DNA of 64,000 bases from the NCBI GenBank assembly GCA_964486075.1, contig CAZALU010000002.1, positions 1,013 through 65,012 on the forward strand, given 5' to 3'. Below the pieces are notes generated by a model that ran no database searches, had not been told where the DNA came from, and worked only from the letters and a program-made list of their open reading frames with translations. This stretch comes from an uncultured Verrucomicrobiota bacterium. Its GTDB lineage: Bacteria; Verrucomicrobiota; Kiritimatiellia; JAAZAB01. Shown here one piece after another: positions 10,786 through 20,225 of this stretch (within the stretch, counting starts at the first letter, position 1; each line of letters starts with the position of its first letter). The position numbers and the translations under genes were made by a program.

Positions 10786-12044
10786 TGTGGTTCGAGCGAT
10801 GGGGTTGCAGCCAAGGCGGCGGCTTCTTTAATGGCTTGAGCGGTCTCGACATCAAAACCGGTTGTTTCCTGCAAGTCGCTGATATCTGAGTCCAGAATGC
10901 CTTCCAAGGTCAGGAAGCCGGCCTTGACCAATTTCTCGGCCTTCTCTTGGTCAACTCCGTTCAGGCGCGTTAGGGCTTCGACGGCCATGGCCACTTTCTC
11001 GTCGAAGCTAATGTCGTCCTTGTTTTTCTCGATTTCGATCTTCCAGCCCAAGAGCTTGGAGGTCAGGCGGGCATTCTGGCCCCGCTTGCCGATTGCCAGC
11101 GAGAGCTGGTCGGTGTCCACGATGACCACGATCTTGTGTTGCGCTTCATCAATGACCAACTGGTTCAGCTTGGCCGGATTAAGCGCATTGGTGGCGTAAG
11201 TCTTGGTGTCGGCGCTCCAGCGCACAATATCTATTTTTTCGCCCAGCAGCTCCCGGACGATGTTTTTCACCCGCATGCCTTTCATGCCGACGCAGGCGCC
11301 TACCGGGTCCACCTTCTCGTCCTTGCTCAAGACCGCGATCTTGGTACGGAAGCCGGCCTCGCGGGCAATATCCTTGATCGTTACCGTGCCGTCGGCGATC
11401 TCCGATATTTCCAGCTCGAAAAGACGTTTGACGAAATTGGGGTGACTGCGGGACAGTACAATATGATGTCCGCTGACATGATCCTGTACGCTGAGAATAT
11501 ACGCCCGGACCCGGTCGCCGACCTGATATTCCTCAGTCATGACCCGTTCCCGGGCGGGCATAATCGCCTCGACCCGGCCAAGGTCCACGATCAGGTCGCC
11601 ACGTTCCAGGCGCACGATCGTGCCGCTTACAATATCGCCCAGACGGTCCATGTACTCCTTGACCACGATTTCTTTTTCCACCTGCCTGATTTTCTGGACA
11701 ATAGCCTGTTTGGCGGTTTGGGCGGCGATCCGGCCTAATTCCCTGGTGGGGATCTCAATTTCAATCTCGTCGCCGATCTCGGCTTCGGGTTTCGTGCGGC
11801 GGGCTTCATGCAGCGAAATCTGGGAGTTGCGGAACTTGACCGGCTGCGCAACATCCACCTTGGCGAAGGCGCGGATTGCCATGGATTTCGGGTCGATGAC
11901 GATGCGGAAATCACGCGCGGGTCCCACGCTCTTTTTGGAGGCGGATATCAGGGCGGCTTCGACCATCTGGATGAGCACTGTGCGATCGATGCCCCGCTCT
12001 TTCTCCATGTTCTCTATGACTGCAAGTAAATCTGGAGTACTCAT
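10782..12044 (-). CDS. nusA: transcription termination/antitermination factor NusA
   Basis: 420 aa; N-terminal domain, S1 and two KH domains (…VKNIVRELLGEKIDIV…). Its 3' end overlaps the infB start by 4 nt. Confidence 0.95.
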   Translation of the reverse strand: MSTPDLLAVIENMEKERGIDRTVLIQMVEAALISASKKSVGPARDFRIVIDPKSMAIRAFAKVDVAQPVKFRNSQISLHEARRTKPEAEIGDEIEIEIPTRELGRIAAQTAKQAIVQKIRQVEKEIVVKEYMDRLGDIVSGTIVRLERGDLIVDLGRVEAIMPARERVMTEEYQVGDRVRAYILSVQDHVSGHHIVLSRSHPNFVKRLFELEISEIADGTVTIKDIAREAGFRTKIAVLSKDEKVDPVGACVGMKGMRVKNIVRELLGEKIDIVRWSADTKTYATNALNPAKLNQLVIDEAQHKIVVIVDTDQLSLAIGKRGQNARLTSKLLGWKIEIEKNKDDISFDEKVAMAVEALTRLNGVDQEKAEKLVKAGFLTLEGILDSDISDLQETTGFDVETAQAIKEAAALAATPSLEPQ

Positions 12045-12263
12045 GTCATTACCCGGTTTGCATACCTAGCCAGGGCCTCCCGGCTCGTTGTCAAATATCA
12101 ATTCCCATGCCCGGCCTGCGCAATATCCATCCCGCTCCACATCATCTGAACGGCTGATTATCTTTCCGTTTGCTCCAAGGCATAGTCTCAAAAAAAAGCA
12201 ATCCTAAAAAAGTTTTGCATCAAAGTCAAGCCTGTTTCCCGACGATTTTTTAGGGGCAGGGAT

Positions 12264-12395
12264 GAATGGCGCTTACTTACGCTTCCGGCTCGGCACTAAC
12301 TTGTCCTACAACGGCCCAAAAACAGGCATTCTGGAGGGTGAAACTGAGCTGGGCCGCTTCCGAAACATGCCTTAAGTAAGGTAAGCGCCATTCGG
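12264..12395 (-). other. ~130-nt long imperfect inverted repeat (candidate structured RNA / leader element) upstream of nusA
   Basis: GAATGGCGCTTACTTAC ... GTAAGGTAAGCGCCATTC forms a 17-bp closing stem around ~100 nt that contains further GGCCC/GGGCC pairing and a direct CGGAAGCG repeat. It lies in the 508-bp non-coding gap between the ABC permease gene and nusA. No rimP gene is present in that gap. Confidence 0.3.
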
Positions 12396-12551
12396 GGCAG
12401 AGCAAATTTTGGATCTTCCGCGGAATCTGTGGGTTGATCGGAAATAATTCACCATAGCAGGCACGGAAGCACGGAGAAGAGATTGCTTGAAATTGCCTGA
12501 CAATTAACCACCCATAAATTGTGCTATGGAACCACATTTATTTTCTCCCGC

Positions 12552-14243
12552 TCAAATCCGGAAAATCGCACCCAATCGTTTCCCTAACAGAAAATTGGCC
12601 GCCAGGATGGTGATCAGCAGGAAGACCATGGCCCAGGTCCCGAGGGCTGAGGCGATGAACCGGCCTTCGCCCAGGAGCTGGAATAGTTCATACAGTGCCT
12701 TGGTGATGGGGTAGTAGATCTGCTTCTGGGCCAGCATCAGGGAATCCGAAACTTCCAGCATGGAAAAACTGAACACCAGCAGGGCGCCCGCGATCAGGTT
12801 AGCGCTGATCAGCGGCAGGCTGATGCGCAGGACCGTTCGGACCGGCGGACAGCCTAAATTGCGGGCCGCTTCCTCCAGCGTGACCGGTGTCTGCTGGAAC
12901 CCGGCTACGGCGGAGCGGACGACGTAGGGCAGGCGTCGGACGGCATAGGCGAGGATCAACAGTGGTACCGGGTTCTCGGTCGGATTCAGGAAGGCCAGCC
13001 AGCGTCCCGGCTGGCTCATGGCAATGTAACCGAAGGCCACGATGATCCCGGGCGCGGCCAGGGGTAGCATTGTCAGGGCATCGAGCGCCCCGCGCCAGCG
13101 CAGGGTACTGCGCACGATCACATAGGCGACGGCGACGCCTAGGAGCAGGTCTACGACCATGGCCAGGGCTGAATAGCGCAGGCTATTCTGGATGCTCGGC
13201 AGGGTCAGGCTGTGACCCAACGCCTGGAGGTAATGGTCCCCGGTCCAGAGGCCCGGCAGGATCGTGCGATACCAGGCCTGGCTGACGCTGGTCAATACCA
13301 CGCCCAGGTGGGGCAGGACTGCCAGCAGGAACACGGCGCCGAAGGCGATGGCCGCCAGCCAGGCCCGGAGGCCGGTCAGTTGGATCGGCGCGGCCATCGG
13401 TCCCGTTTTGGCCAGCATTGCGCTGCCGGTCCGGCCCAAAAGCATTTTTCCGGCCAGGTAGAGACTGGTTGAGGCCGCCAGCAGAATGACGACTAGGGCG
13501 TAGGGGAACGGGCTGGCCTCGATATCCTTGATACCATCGAAAATTTGGACCGCGGTGACGCGGGAGTAATCGAGCATCAGCGGTGTGCCTAGTTCCGTGA
13601 ACGACCAGATGAACACGATGATTCCGCCGGCGAACAGGCCCGGCATGATCAGGGGCAGGGTGATCCTGCGGAAGCGAGGCCAGCCGGAAGAGCCCAGATT
13701 TTCCGCCGCCTCTTCCAACGCCGGGTCGAGGTTAGAGATCGCAGCCACCGCGTTCAGATAAAATATGGGATACAGGTGCAGGGCTTCAGTCGCAGCGACC
13801 GCCCAAAAGCGGCCGGTTCCCAGCCAGTTGATGGCCTGCGGCCAGTCGATAATCCCCAAGTGCACCAGCGCGGCATTGATCGCTCCGTATTGGCCCAGCA
13901 GTTGCCGGATGCCAATCGCGCCAACGAACGGTGGCAGGATCATAGGCGCCAGGATCAGCCCGGAAAGCAGGGTCTTGCCAGCGAAATCGCAGCGGGCCGC
14001 CAGCATCGAGAGCGGCAATCCGACCAGGATCACCAGGAGCGTCGTCACCACCGCCAGCGCAAAACTGTTCCAGAGTCCTTCGAGGTAGATCGGGTTCTGG
14101 AAGACTTCGCCGAGGAAGGCGAGGGTGGGGCGCCCGTCGATCAGGAAGCAGCCCTTGATCGTCTGGAGCAGTGGCCAGATGAGGAAGATGCCCAGGAAGG
14201 CCAGGGCCAGCAGGCTGATTAATATGGCGCCGGTCTGTTTCAT
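12552..14243 (-). CDS. ABC transporter permease, fused two-domain type (FbpB/ThiP-like, 12 TM)
   Basis: 563 aa with two tandem binding-protein-dependent transport inner-membrane domains, hydrophobic throughout. Operonic with a solute-binding protein gene. Confidence 0.85.
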   Translation of the reverse strand: MKQTGAILISLLALAFLGIFLIWPLLQTIKGCFLIDGRPTLAFLGEVFQNPIYLEGLWNSFALAVVTTLLVILVGLPLSMLAARCDFAGKTLLSGLILAPMILPPFVGAIGIRQLLGQYGAINAALVHLGIIDWPQAINWLGTGRFWAVAATEALHLYPIFYLNAVAAISNLDPALEEAAENLGSSGWPRFRRITLPLIMPGLFAGGIIVFIWSFTELGTPLMLDYSRVTAVQIFDGIKDIEASPFPYALVVILLAASTSLYLAGKMLLGRTGSAMLAKTGPMAAPIQLTGLRAWLAAIAFGAVFLLAVLPHLGVVLTSVSQAWYRTILPGLWTGDHYLQALGHSLTLPSIQNSLRYSALAMVVDLLLGVAVAYVIVRSTLRWRGALDALTMLPLAAPGIIVAFGYIAMSQPGRWLAFLNPTENPVPLLILAYAVRRLPYVVRSAVAGFQQTPVTLEEAARNLGCPPVRTVLRISLPLISANLIAGALLVFSFSMLEVSDSLMLAQKQIYYPITKALYELFQLLGEGRFIASALGTWAMVFLLITILAANFLLGKRLGAIFRI

Positions 14244-14254
14244 TCTTAAAAGGT

Positions 14255-14275
14255 GTTCAGGGTTCGGGGTTCAGG
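14255..14275. repeat. heptamer tandem repeat GTTCAGG-GTTCGGG-GTTCAGG (= CCTGAAC-CCCGAAC-CCTGAAC on the opposite strand)
   Basis: Three tandem 7-mers sit 12 nt upstream of the permease start codon. A 19-mer (ctgaaccccgaaccctgaa) matches 41304-41322 exactly. Confidence 0.6.
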
Positions 14276-14283
14276 TGATGTAA

Positions 14284-14637
14284 TTATTCAGGTTTGTTTA
14301 CCGGTGCCATTGAGACGCGAGCTTTAACGACTTCTTCCTGATAACATCGCTCCTCACTTTTTCGTCTATTTGGATGCAAATTAAGAACTTTACCGGTGAA
14401 TGGTTGGGAATCTCCCTTCCGATACACCACAGAATCTCCGCTTGGCCCAAGGCCTTCTTCGATATCGTCAGGACGAACAACAACTGATGTGCAACCAGCC
14501 AGAATCAAGCCCCCAATAAAGTATGTGATTACGAATCGGAAGCGAAGCGTTCTATAGGCAAAGACGTGCAGCATTGCCGCTGTCGCCGCTATGGCGATCC
14601 AATGTGATCTTTTGATTGTCATCACCAAGTGCCGCAA
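14284..14637 (-). CDS. small putative lipoprotein / membrane protein
   Basis: 117-aa ORF. A hydrophobic segment is followed by a lipobox-like LILAGC, and the C-terminal part is hydrophilic. It sits between the SBP and permease genes. The start codon is uncertain. Confidence 0.45.
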   Translation of the reverse strand: MRHLVMTIKRSHWIAIAATAAMLHVFAYRTLRFRFVITYFIGGLILAGCTSVVVRPDDIEEGLGPSGDSVVYRKGDSQPFTGKVLNLHPNRRKSEERCYQEEVVKARVSMAPVNKPE

Positions 14638-14677
14638 AGCATGTGCGGCCTCTTTGCATGAATTTCCTGGCTGAACC

Positions 14678-16204
14678 CTAAAGTCTCTGTCCGGCCAACT
14701 CCCTGGCCTGCCGGTACTGCGCGCGGAAAAAAATTATCCACTCCCGCGCCAGGCGCACCTCCTCCAGCTTATTGCCCAAACGGTGGCTGCTCGTTGCAAG
14801 GATGGCGGCATAATCAGCGCCTGCGGGTAGGCTATTCAGCGCGGCCATGGCCTGCGGGCAGACCGCCGGGCCGCCCGCCCGGTGAATGGTTTCCCAGGCC
14901 GCCACCAACTCGTTATGCGTGTCGATGCACATGGCCCGGACCAGGACGCGGATGACGCTGAACAAAGGGCCGGTCCATTCCGGATGATAGGTAAATCCGG
15001 TGGCTCGCTTATAGGGCATTGCGTTCGGATCCGACATGTGGCGGAGGTGTTCGGGCGTGTAGAGATCGCGGCGGACCGGCAGACGTCGCAGGGCGTAGTG
15101 GATCGGTCCCCCGGGTTCGCCGACGCGGTAATCCCACAACTGCTGGCCCTCCGGGCTGAGACAAAAATCGACGAAGCGTTCCGCCAGCTCACGATGCGGC
15201 GCGCCTTTCAGCATGCTGATGGGATCCACCGAGACCGAGGACCCCCCGGCCGGGGTGATGTAATGCATCCGTTGCGAATTTTCGTTGCGCGCCGTCGTTT
15301 CGCTTTCAAAACGTCCGTAGTAATCGATGCACATCCCGGCGGCGGCATCTCCTTGGGAAACGTCGGTAACCACCTTGCTGGCGGAATCGGTGAAATATTT
15401 GGCGTTGGCGCCGATCTGACGGACCACATTCAGGCCGCGCTGCCAGCCGATGGCGAGGGACTCGGGAGCGGCATCTACTGGCGTTTCCCGGCGCTCTGCT
15501 AGTTCGTTGGCCATCTGCTCCTGGATCAGCATTTCGAATGCTTTGGCGATCGAGCCGCTTTTGGTGGGATCGGCCAGGGCCACCTGCCGAAAATAGAGGG
15601 AATCGGTCAGATCAAGCCATTGGCGGGGGGTGCGTATGATGCCGCGAGCCCGCAGGACATCATCGTTGTAGCAAATGCCGAAGCTGGTCAGGCAACAGCC
15701 ATACCAGCGGTCCCTGGTGTCATAAAATTCTTCGCCCGAGAACGTGTGGGGAATGATGTCCTCGGTCAACCAGTCTGGGTGACGCTCGCTCAGGCCGCAG
15801 GGCTCGGTGCGGTCCTTGGCGGCCTGCCGGGCATGGTCGTATTGACCGCCACCGAAAAAAAGATCGATGCCGATGCCGGGTCGGTTCACCCTCCGGGCGG
15901 CTTCGTATTCGCTGTCGAGGTAGCGGACGATCTCGCTGGTGCCGCCGACATTCCGCCAGTCGATGGCCACGTTCTCGCCGAATTGGCGCATGTGCCAGCG
16001 CCGGAATGCGGTCTCGAACTCTTTCCGGACGGCCTCGTTATGCGGGCTGATGATCGTCAGCGTCCGCGCGTTACGCGGCGCGGCTTCACCTTTCGGCCGG
16101 AGCAGGAAGGGAATGGCCAGGGTTGCGGCCAGGGCCAGGAATAGCAGCGCGAGTTTAAGGTTGCGAGCGTTCATTGGTTTGATGCGGGCCATGTCCGCAC
16201 CCAT
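14678..16204 (-). CDS. ABC transporter periplasmic substrate-binding protein (family-1/Fe3+-type SBP, unusually long)
   Basis: 508 aa. Signal-peptide-like LKLALLFLALAATLA is followed by TLTIISPHNEAVRKEFETAF...WRNVGGTSEIV, typical of AfuA/FbpA/ThiB-type SBPs. No ATPase gene is adjacent. Confidence 0.75.
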   Translation of the reverse strand: MGADMARIKPMNARNLKLALLFLALAATLAIPFLLRPKGEAAPRNARTLTIISPHNEAVRKEFETAFRRWHMRQFGENVAIDWRNVGGTSEIVRYLDSEYEAARRVNRPGIGIDLFFGGGQYDHARQAAKDRTEPCGLSERHPDWLTEDIIPHTFSGEEFYDTRDRWYGCCLTSFGICYNDDVLRARGIIRTPRQWLDLTDSLYFRQVALADPTKSGSIAKAFEMLIQEQMANELAERRETPVDAAPESLAIGWQRGLNVVRQIGANAKYFTDSASKVVTDVSQGDAAAGMCIDYYGRFESETTARNENSQRMHYITPAGGSSVSVDPISMLKGAPHRELAERFVDFCLSPEGQQLWDYRVGEPGGPIHYALRRLPVRRDLYTPEHLRHMSDPNAMPYKRATGFTYHPEWTGPLFSVIRVLVRAMCIDTHNELVAAWETIHRAGGPAVCPQAMAALNSLPAGADYAAILATSSHRLGNKLEEVRLAREWIIFFRAQYRQARELAGQRL

Positions 16205-16511
16205 GTTTACTTGCTAGTCTCAGTGTGTTGAATTCGGTTCGAAAAAAAAAACGGCGGCGATCTCCACGTCGCTTCGCTAGTGGCCACTTGGCACCACAGG
16301 TGCCGAGGGGGTGGACCGTCTATGGGTTTGCCTCGCTCGCGCATACACGAATATGGCGCTTCACGCGGCGCACCCGCATCCAGCCCAAGCGGGCCTTGCT
16401 ATTTCGAACCCCTCGACAAGCTCGGGTACCCGAATTCGAAACACGGTGGCACCGGGCTTCGCTCGGAGCTGCGCCCGTAAAAATAGCTGACGCGGAAAAC
16501 ACAGGATTTGG

Positions 16512-17456
16512 TTAAAAGCTATTGGCCTTGATAAAGGCCATCAGTTCGGCCAGGTCGGCCGTGGCCAGGCCGACGCAGGTATCGGCGCAGCCGTAATAAA
16601 CGCTGATTTTTCCCCGGGATTTGTCGTGGAGCATGGCGGCAGGGAAGACGACGTTCGGGACGTCGCCGACGCGCTCGTAAAGCTCGGTCGGGGCCAATAG
16701 GTATTTTCGGGAGCGGTAGCGCACCTTCCATGGTTTTTCGAGATCCAGGATCGCTCCGCCGGCGCAGTAAATGAAGCCGGAACAGGTCGTCTTGACGCCG
16801 TGATAGATCAGCAGCCAGCCCTCGGGCGTCTCCAGCGGTGCCGGACCCGGCCCGACCTTGGTCGCCTGCCAGGACCCGGCCGTGCCGAACACGAAACGCT
16901 GGTTGCCCCAATGTATTATGTCGGGGCTGGTGGCGTAGAAAATTTCACCGAATGGCGTATGCCCGGTGTCGCTCGGCCGGTGCAGGAGCGCGAACTTCCC
17001 GTCGATCTTGCGCGGGAACAGCACGGCGTTGCGATTGAATGGGAACAGGATATCCTGTATCATGGTAAATTGCTTGAAATCCCGGGTCGAAGCCAGACCG
17101 ATCGCTGGTCCGCTGCCGTCCGTCGGGTAGTGGCAGAACGTGAGGTAATACGTGCCCTCGATTTCGACCACGCGGGGATCGTAGGGCGAGTTTTCCGGAC
17201 GGTTAAGATTCTTGATTTCCGGATCGTGGCATTCGAATTGGATCGGATCGTTCGCTATCTTCCAATGGATTGCGTCGTGACTGCTGCCGGTCCTGAGTTC
17301 CGAATACCAGTGTTGGTTGTCGACGCGAAAAACACCGGCATAGGCTTTCTTGAATGGCACCACTGCGCTATTGAGAACGCTATGCCCGTTTTTCAGGCCA
17401 TCGACGGTAATGATCGGGTTGCTCTTATGACGTTTGAATACTTCCTCGTTGGCCAT
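16512..17456 (-). CDS. glycoside hydrolase family 130 protein (beta-mannoside phosphorylase/hydrolase-like)
   Basis: 314 aa. The 5-bladed beta-propeller signatures of GH130 are recognisable (YHGV, VVFPAA, YYGCAD; N-terminal NPII..DG...NS). The family was recognised from these motifs, not from a database search. Confidence 0.75.
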   Translation of the reverse strand: MANEEVFKRHKSNPIITVDGLKNGHSVLNSAVVPFKKAYAGVFRVDNQHWYSELRTGSSHDAIHWKIANDPIQFECHDPEIKNLNRPENSPYDPRVVEIEGTYYLTFCHYPTDGSGPAIGLASTRDFKQFTMIQDILFPFNRNAVLFPRKIDGKFALLHRPSDTGHTPFGEIFYATSPDIIHWGNQRFVFGTAGSWQATKVGPGPAPLETPEGWLLIYHGVKTTCSGFIYCAGGAILDLEKPWKVRYRSRKYLLAPTELYERVGDVPNVVFPAAMLHDKSRGKISVYYGCADTCVGLATADLAELMAFIKANSF

Positions 17457-17635
17457 GGTTATCTCCTTCTAATAACACGGGCTTTGACCGCGAGGTGGAA
17501 GCTAACACGGGCAGGTGGCGGATGCAAGAGGGTTAAATAGATTAAATCTCTGAATTGATATTGAAAATAGGATTGCCGGCCTATATCTTTGTTTCACCTT
17601 CGTCTATAAATCTTGTGGCGTATTATTAAATCACA

Positions 17636-19804
17636 TTGGAAAGGCTAACCCTCATGAAAATTAAACGCATATTTCGCAACGGGCTGTCTTTGCTTTTCGC
17701 CACGGCGTGTCTCCAAGGACAGTCAATCATGGCGGACCTCCGCCTGCCGAGCATCATCGGACCGAACATGGTCTTGCAACAGGGTGGGCCGGTTCCCATC
17801 TGGGGCTGGGCCAAAGCCGGCGAAAAGATTACGGTCAAATTCTGCGGACAGGAAGTAAGCGCCGTGACGGACTCCGCCGGAAAGTGGATCGTGCGGTTGG
17901 CGCCGTTGAAGGCCGGTGGTCCGTTCGAGATGATGATCGCAGGCGAGACCACCCATGTCTTGAAAAATGTGCTGGTGGGCGAAGTCTGGCTCGGGTCGGG
18001 CCAGTCGAATATGGCCCTGCCTGTATCCGCTTGCAGCAACGCGGCCGCGGAAACGGCCCAAGCCGATTTTCCCGAGATTCGATTCTTCCGGGTGGCGCAT
18101 GCTTCAGCCGGAAACCCGCAGGAGGATGTGGCCGGCAACTGGATGGAATGCTCTCCGCAAACTGCCGGAAAATTCTCCGCGCTGGCCTATTTCTTCGGAC
18201 GGGATCTGTATCGGCACTTGCAGACGCCGGTTGGACTTATAAGCAGTCCCGTTAGCGGTACGGAGGCCGAGTATTGGACCCCACAAGAGGCTTTTGATAT
18301 GGACGCGGAAACACGGCAGATCATGGACAAATGGTTAAATGAAATGACCGTCTATATCGATAAAATTGAGAAGTCCCAGCAGGAGTTGCGCCTCTGGAAA
18401 CAGGCTGCCGACAAAGCCCGTTTGGAAAAATCTCCCATGCCGCTCCTGCCGTCCGCATTGAATGATCCGCGGTCCGCAACGCCGGGGCGTCTTTACAACG
18501 CCATGATCCATCCCTTGATCCCTTTTGCCATCCGCGGCGTGACCTGGTATCAGGGCGAGGCCAACGTCGCTGTGGCCAGGCAATACCGCAAGCTGTTTCC
18601 GGCGCTGATCAAGGGGTGGCGCGCGGCCTGGGGCGCGGGCGATTTACCGTTCCTCTTCGTGCAGCTCGCCGCTTTTACTCCTGCATCCGAAGAACCCGTC
18701 ATGACCAGCGGCTGGGCCGAATTGCGCGAGGCGCAGACGATGGCCCTGGCTCTGCCGAAAACCGGCATGGCCATAGCAATCGATATTGGCGATGCGAACG
18801 ACATCCACCCCAAGAACAAGCAGGAGGTCGGTCGGCGTCTGGCCCTGGCGGCCCGGGCGATCGCGTATGGCGAAGACCTGGTTTATTCCGGCCCGATTTA
18901 CAAGGCGATGACCGTGGAGAGCAATAAGGTGTACATCTCATTCGAGCATGTCGGGGGCGGGCTGCAGGCCAGGGGCGGTGAACTCAAACGGTTTGAGATT
19001 GCCGGATCCGATGGTCGCTTTGTGTGGGCCAAGGCCCGCATCGACGGTCAGAGAGTCGTGGTTTGGAGCGATGCAGTGTCACAGCCGTCCGCGGTCCGTT
19101 ATGCCTGGGCAACGAATCCCGAGGGTTGCAACCTGTATAACGCCGAGGGCTTGCCGGCATCGTCGTTCCGAACCGCCGATGCGGTCGCCATGCCGCTCCC
19201 GCGGGCAACGCATGTTTATCATTGCCGACGCGTTGACAAGGGGCCGGTTATCGACGGCCGCCTGAACGATCCGCTATGGGCAAAAACTCCAAGCATCGGC
19301 CCGTTCCAAGTCATCGAGCACTACCGCTTCTCGAAATATCCCACCCTGGCCAAGCTTGCCTACGACGCCGAGAACCTATATGTCGGATTCCGTTGCCAGG
19401 AAACGGATATGGAAACGTTGGTCTGCAAGGCCGCTGGACGTGACAGCGCCGTGTACGATGACGACAGTGTTGAGATATTCTTGGATACGGCCTTGGACAG
19501 TACGCACTACTATCAGTATGTGATCAATCCCCACGGTGAGATTTTTGACACCCGCAATCGCTGGGGAACGGACTGGAATGGCACTTGTGAGGTGGCCACG
19601 GGCCGGGAGAAGGACGCCTGGACGGTAGAGCTGGCGATCCCCTGGAAATCGCTGGATATTGAGCCGCCGAAACAGGGTGCCCGGATGGGGCTGCAGCTCG
19701 CCCGTACGCGCGCGCAATTGCCAGGGGAGGTTTCTCAGTGGGCTTCGACCCAGGGACCTTCGAACCACAAGCCGACCCATTTCGGGATGCTTATTTTCGA
19801 GTGA
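17636..19804 (+). CDS. sialate O-acetylesterase (SASA family) with C-terminal CBM9-like carbohydrate-binding domain
   Basis: 722 aa. Signal peptide, the SASA SGNH-like motif GSGQSNMA, a second SASA half, then a C-terminal domain DGRLNDPLWAKTP...YVGFRC...EIFLD typical of CBM9/DOMON-like modules. Confidence 0.75.
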   Translation: MERLTLMKIKRIFRNGLSLLFATACLQGQSIMADLRLPSIIGPNMVLQQGGPVPIWGWAKAGEKITVKFCGQEVSAVTDSAGKWIVRLAPLKAGGPFEMMIAGETTHVLKNVLVGEVWLGSGQSNMALPVSACSNAAAETAQADFPEIRFFRVAHASAGNPQEDVAGNWMECSPQTAGKFSALAYFFGRDLYRHLQTPVGLISSPVSGTEAEYWTPQEAFDMDAETRQIMDKWLNEMTVYIDKIEKSQQELRLWKQAADKARLEKSPMPLLPSALNDPRSATPGRLYNAMIHPLIPFAIRGVTWYQGEANVAVARQYRKLFPALIKGWRAAWGAGDLPFLFVQLAAFTPASEEPVMTSGWAELREAQTMALALPKTGMAIAIDIGDANDIHPKNKQEVGRRLALAARAIAYGEDLVYSGPIYKAMTVESNKVYISFEHVGGGLQARGGELKRFEIAGSDGRFVWAKARIDGQRVVVWSDAVSQPSAVRYAWATNPEGCNLYNAEGLPASSFRTADAVAMPLPRATHVYHCRRVDKGPVIDGRLNDPLWAKTPSIGPFQVIEHYRFSKYPTLAKLAYDAENLYVGFRCQETDMETLVCKAAGRDSAVYDDDSVEIFLDTALDSTHYYQYVINPHGEIFDTRNRWGTDWNGTCEVATGREKDAWTVELAIPWKSLDIEPPKQGARMGLQLARTRAQLPGEVSQWASTQGPSNHKPTHFGMLIFE

Positions 19805-20203
19805 GAATAGTTGCAAAGATCAGACTCGGCCGGTCCGTAGGCATGCTGTCTCTCCCCAAGCTCCAACGCATGGGTATGCCAAAGGGTGGGGTGGCGTGTC
19901 GCTGGCCGAAGTTTGTTTCACAGCATCGGAGATAGCAGGGATAAATCCTGCGCTACTTGGGTTTGCCATGCCGTTTGCGAAGCGCTTTGCGTAGCGATGC
20001 GGCGGGTACAGCCTGCCTTATTGCTTCCCGCCCGCGAGAACCATCCTGGCATAATTTTGGTAGTGAGCGAAGGGGACTTCCGGCGGAATCATGTTTCCCA
20101 CCGTCCCGGAAACCAGGCAGCTCACGCACGCGGTAGCAGTTTGGAGAGCATCGGATGCAAGATGCGATCCTTGTGCCACGATCCTTGCCGCGCTTGATGT
20201 CAC

Positions 20204-20225
20204 GCATCGAAGATGCCGTTTTTCC
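20204..20225 (+). terminator. candidate Rho-independent terminator (GCATC-GAA-GATGC + CGTTTTT)
   Basis: A short GC hairpin is followed immediately by a T-run on the plus strand. It lies ~400 nt downstream of the esterase gene inside a 475-bp convergent gap. A near-identical hairpin (GCATCGGATGC) lies 55 nt upstream. Confidence 0.3.

Noticed and set aside
12277-12537. 86-aa minus-strand ORF upstream of nusA
   Set aside because: It lies inside the long-hairpin non-coding region. It has no ribosome-binding site and an implausible composition. It is not RimP-like.
16445-16462. sigma54-like TGGCAC-N5-TTCGC motif
   Set aside because: It has the wrong orientation for the flanking genes (it would drive antisense transcription into GH130), and the -12 element is imperfect (TTCG instead of TTGC).
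20030-20075. SRP (4.5S) RNA-like primary motif GGGAAGCAAUAAGGCAGGC on the minus strand
   Set aside because: It resembles the domain-IV GGAAGCAGCCAAGGCAG stretch. However, I could not find the GNRA tetraloop or the helix-8 pairing geometry, and the closing stems do not match. It is reported only as a possibility within finding 19805-20280.
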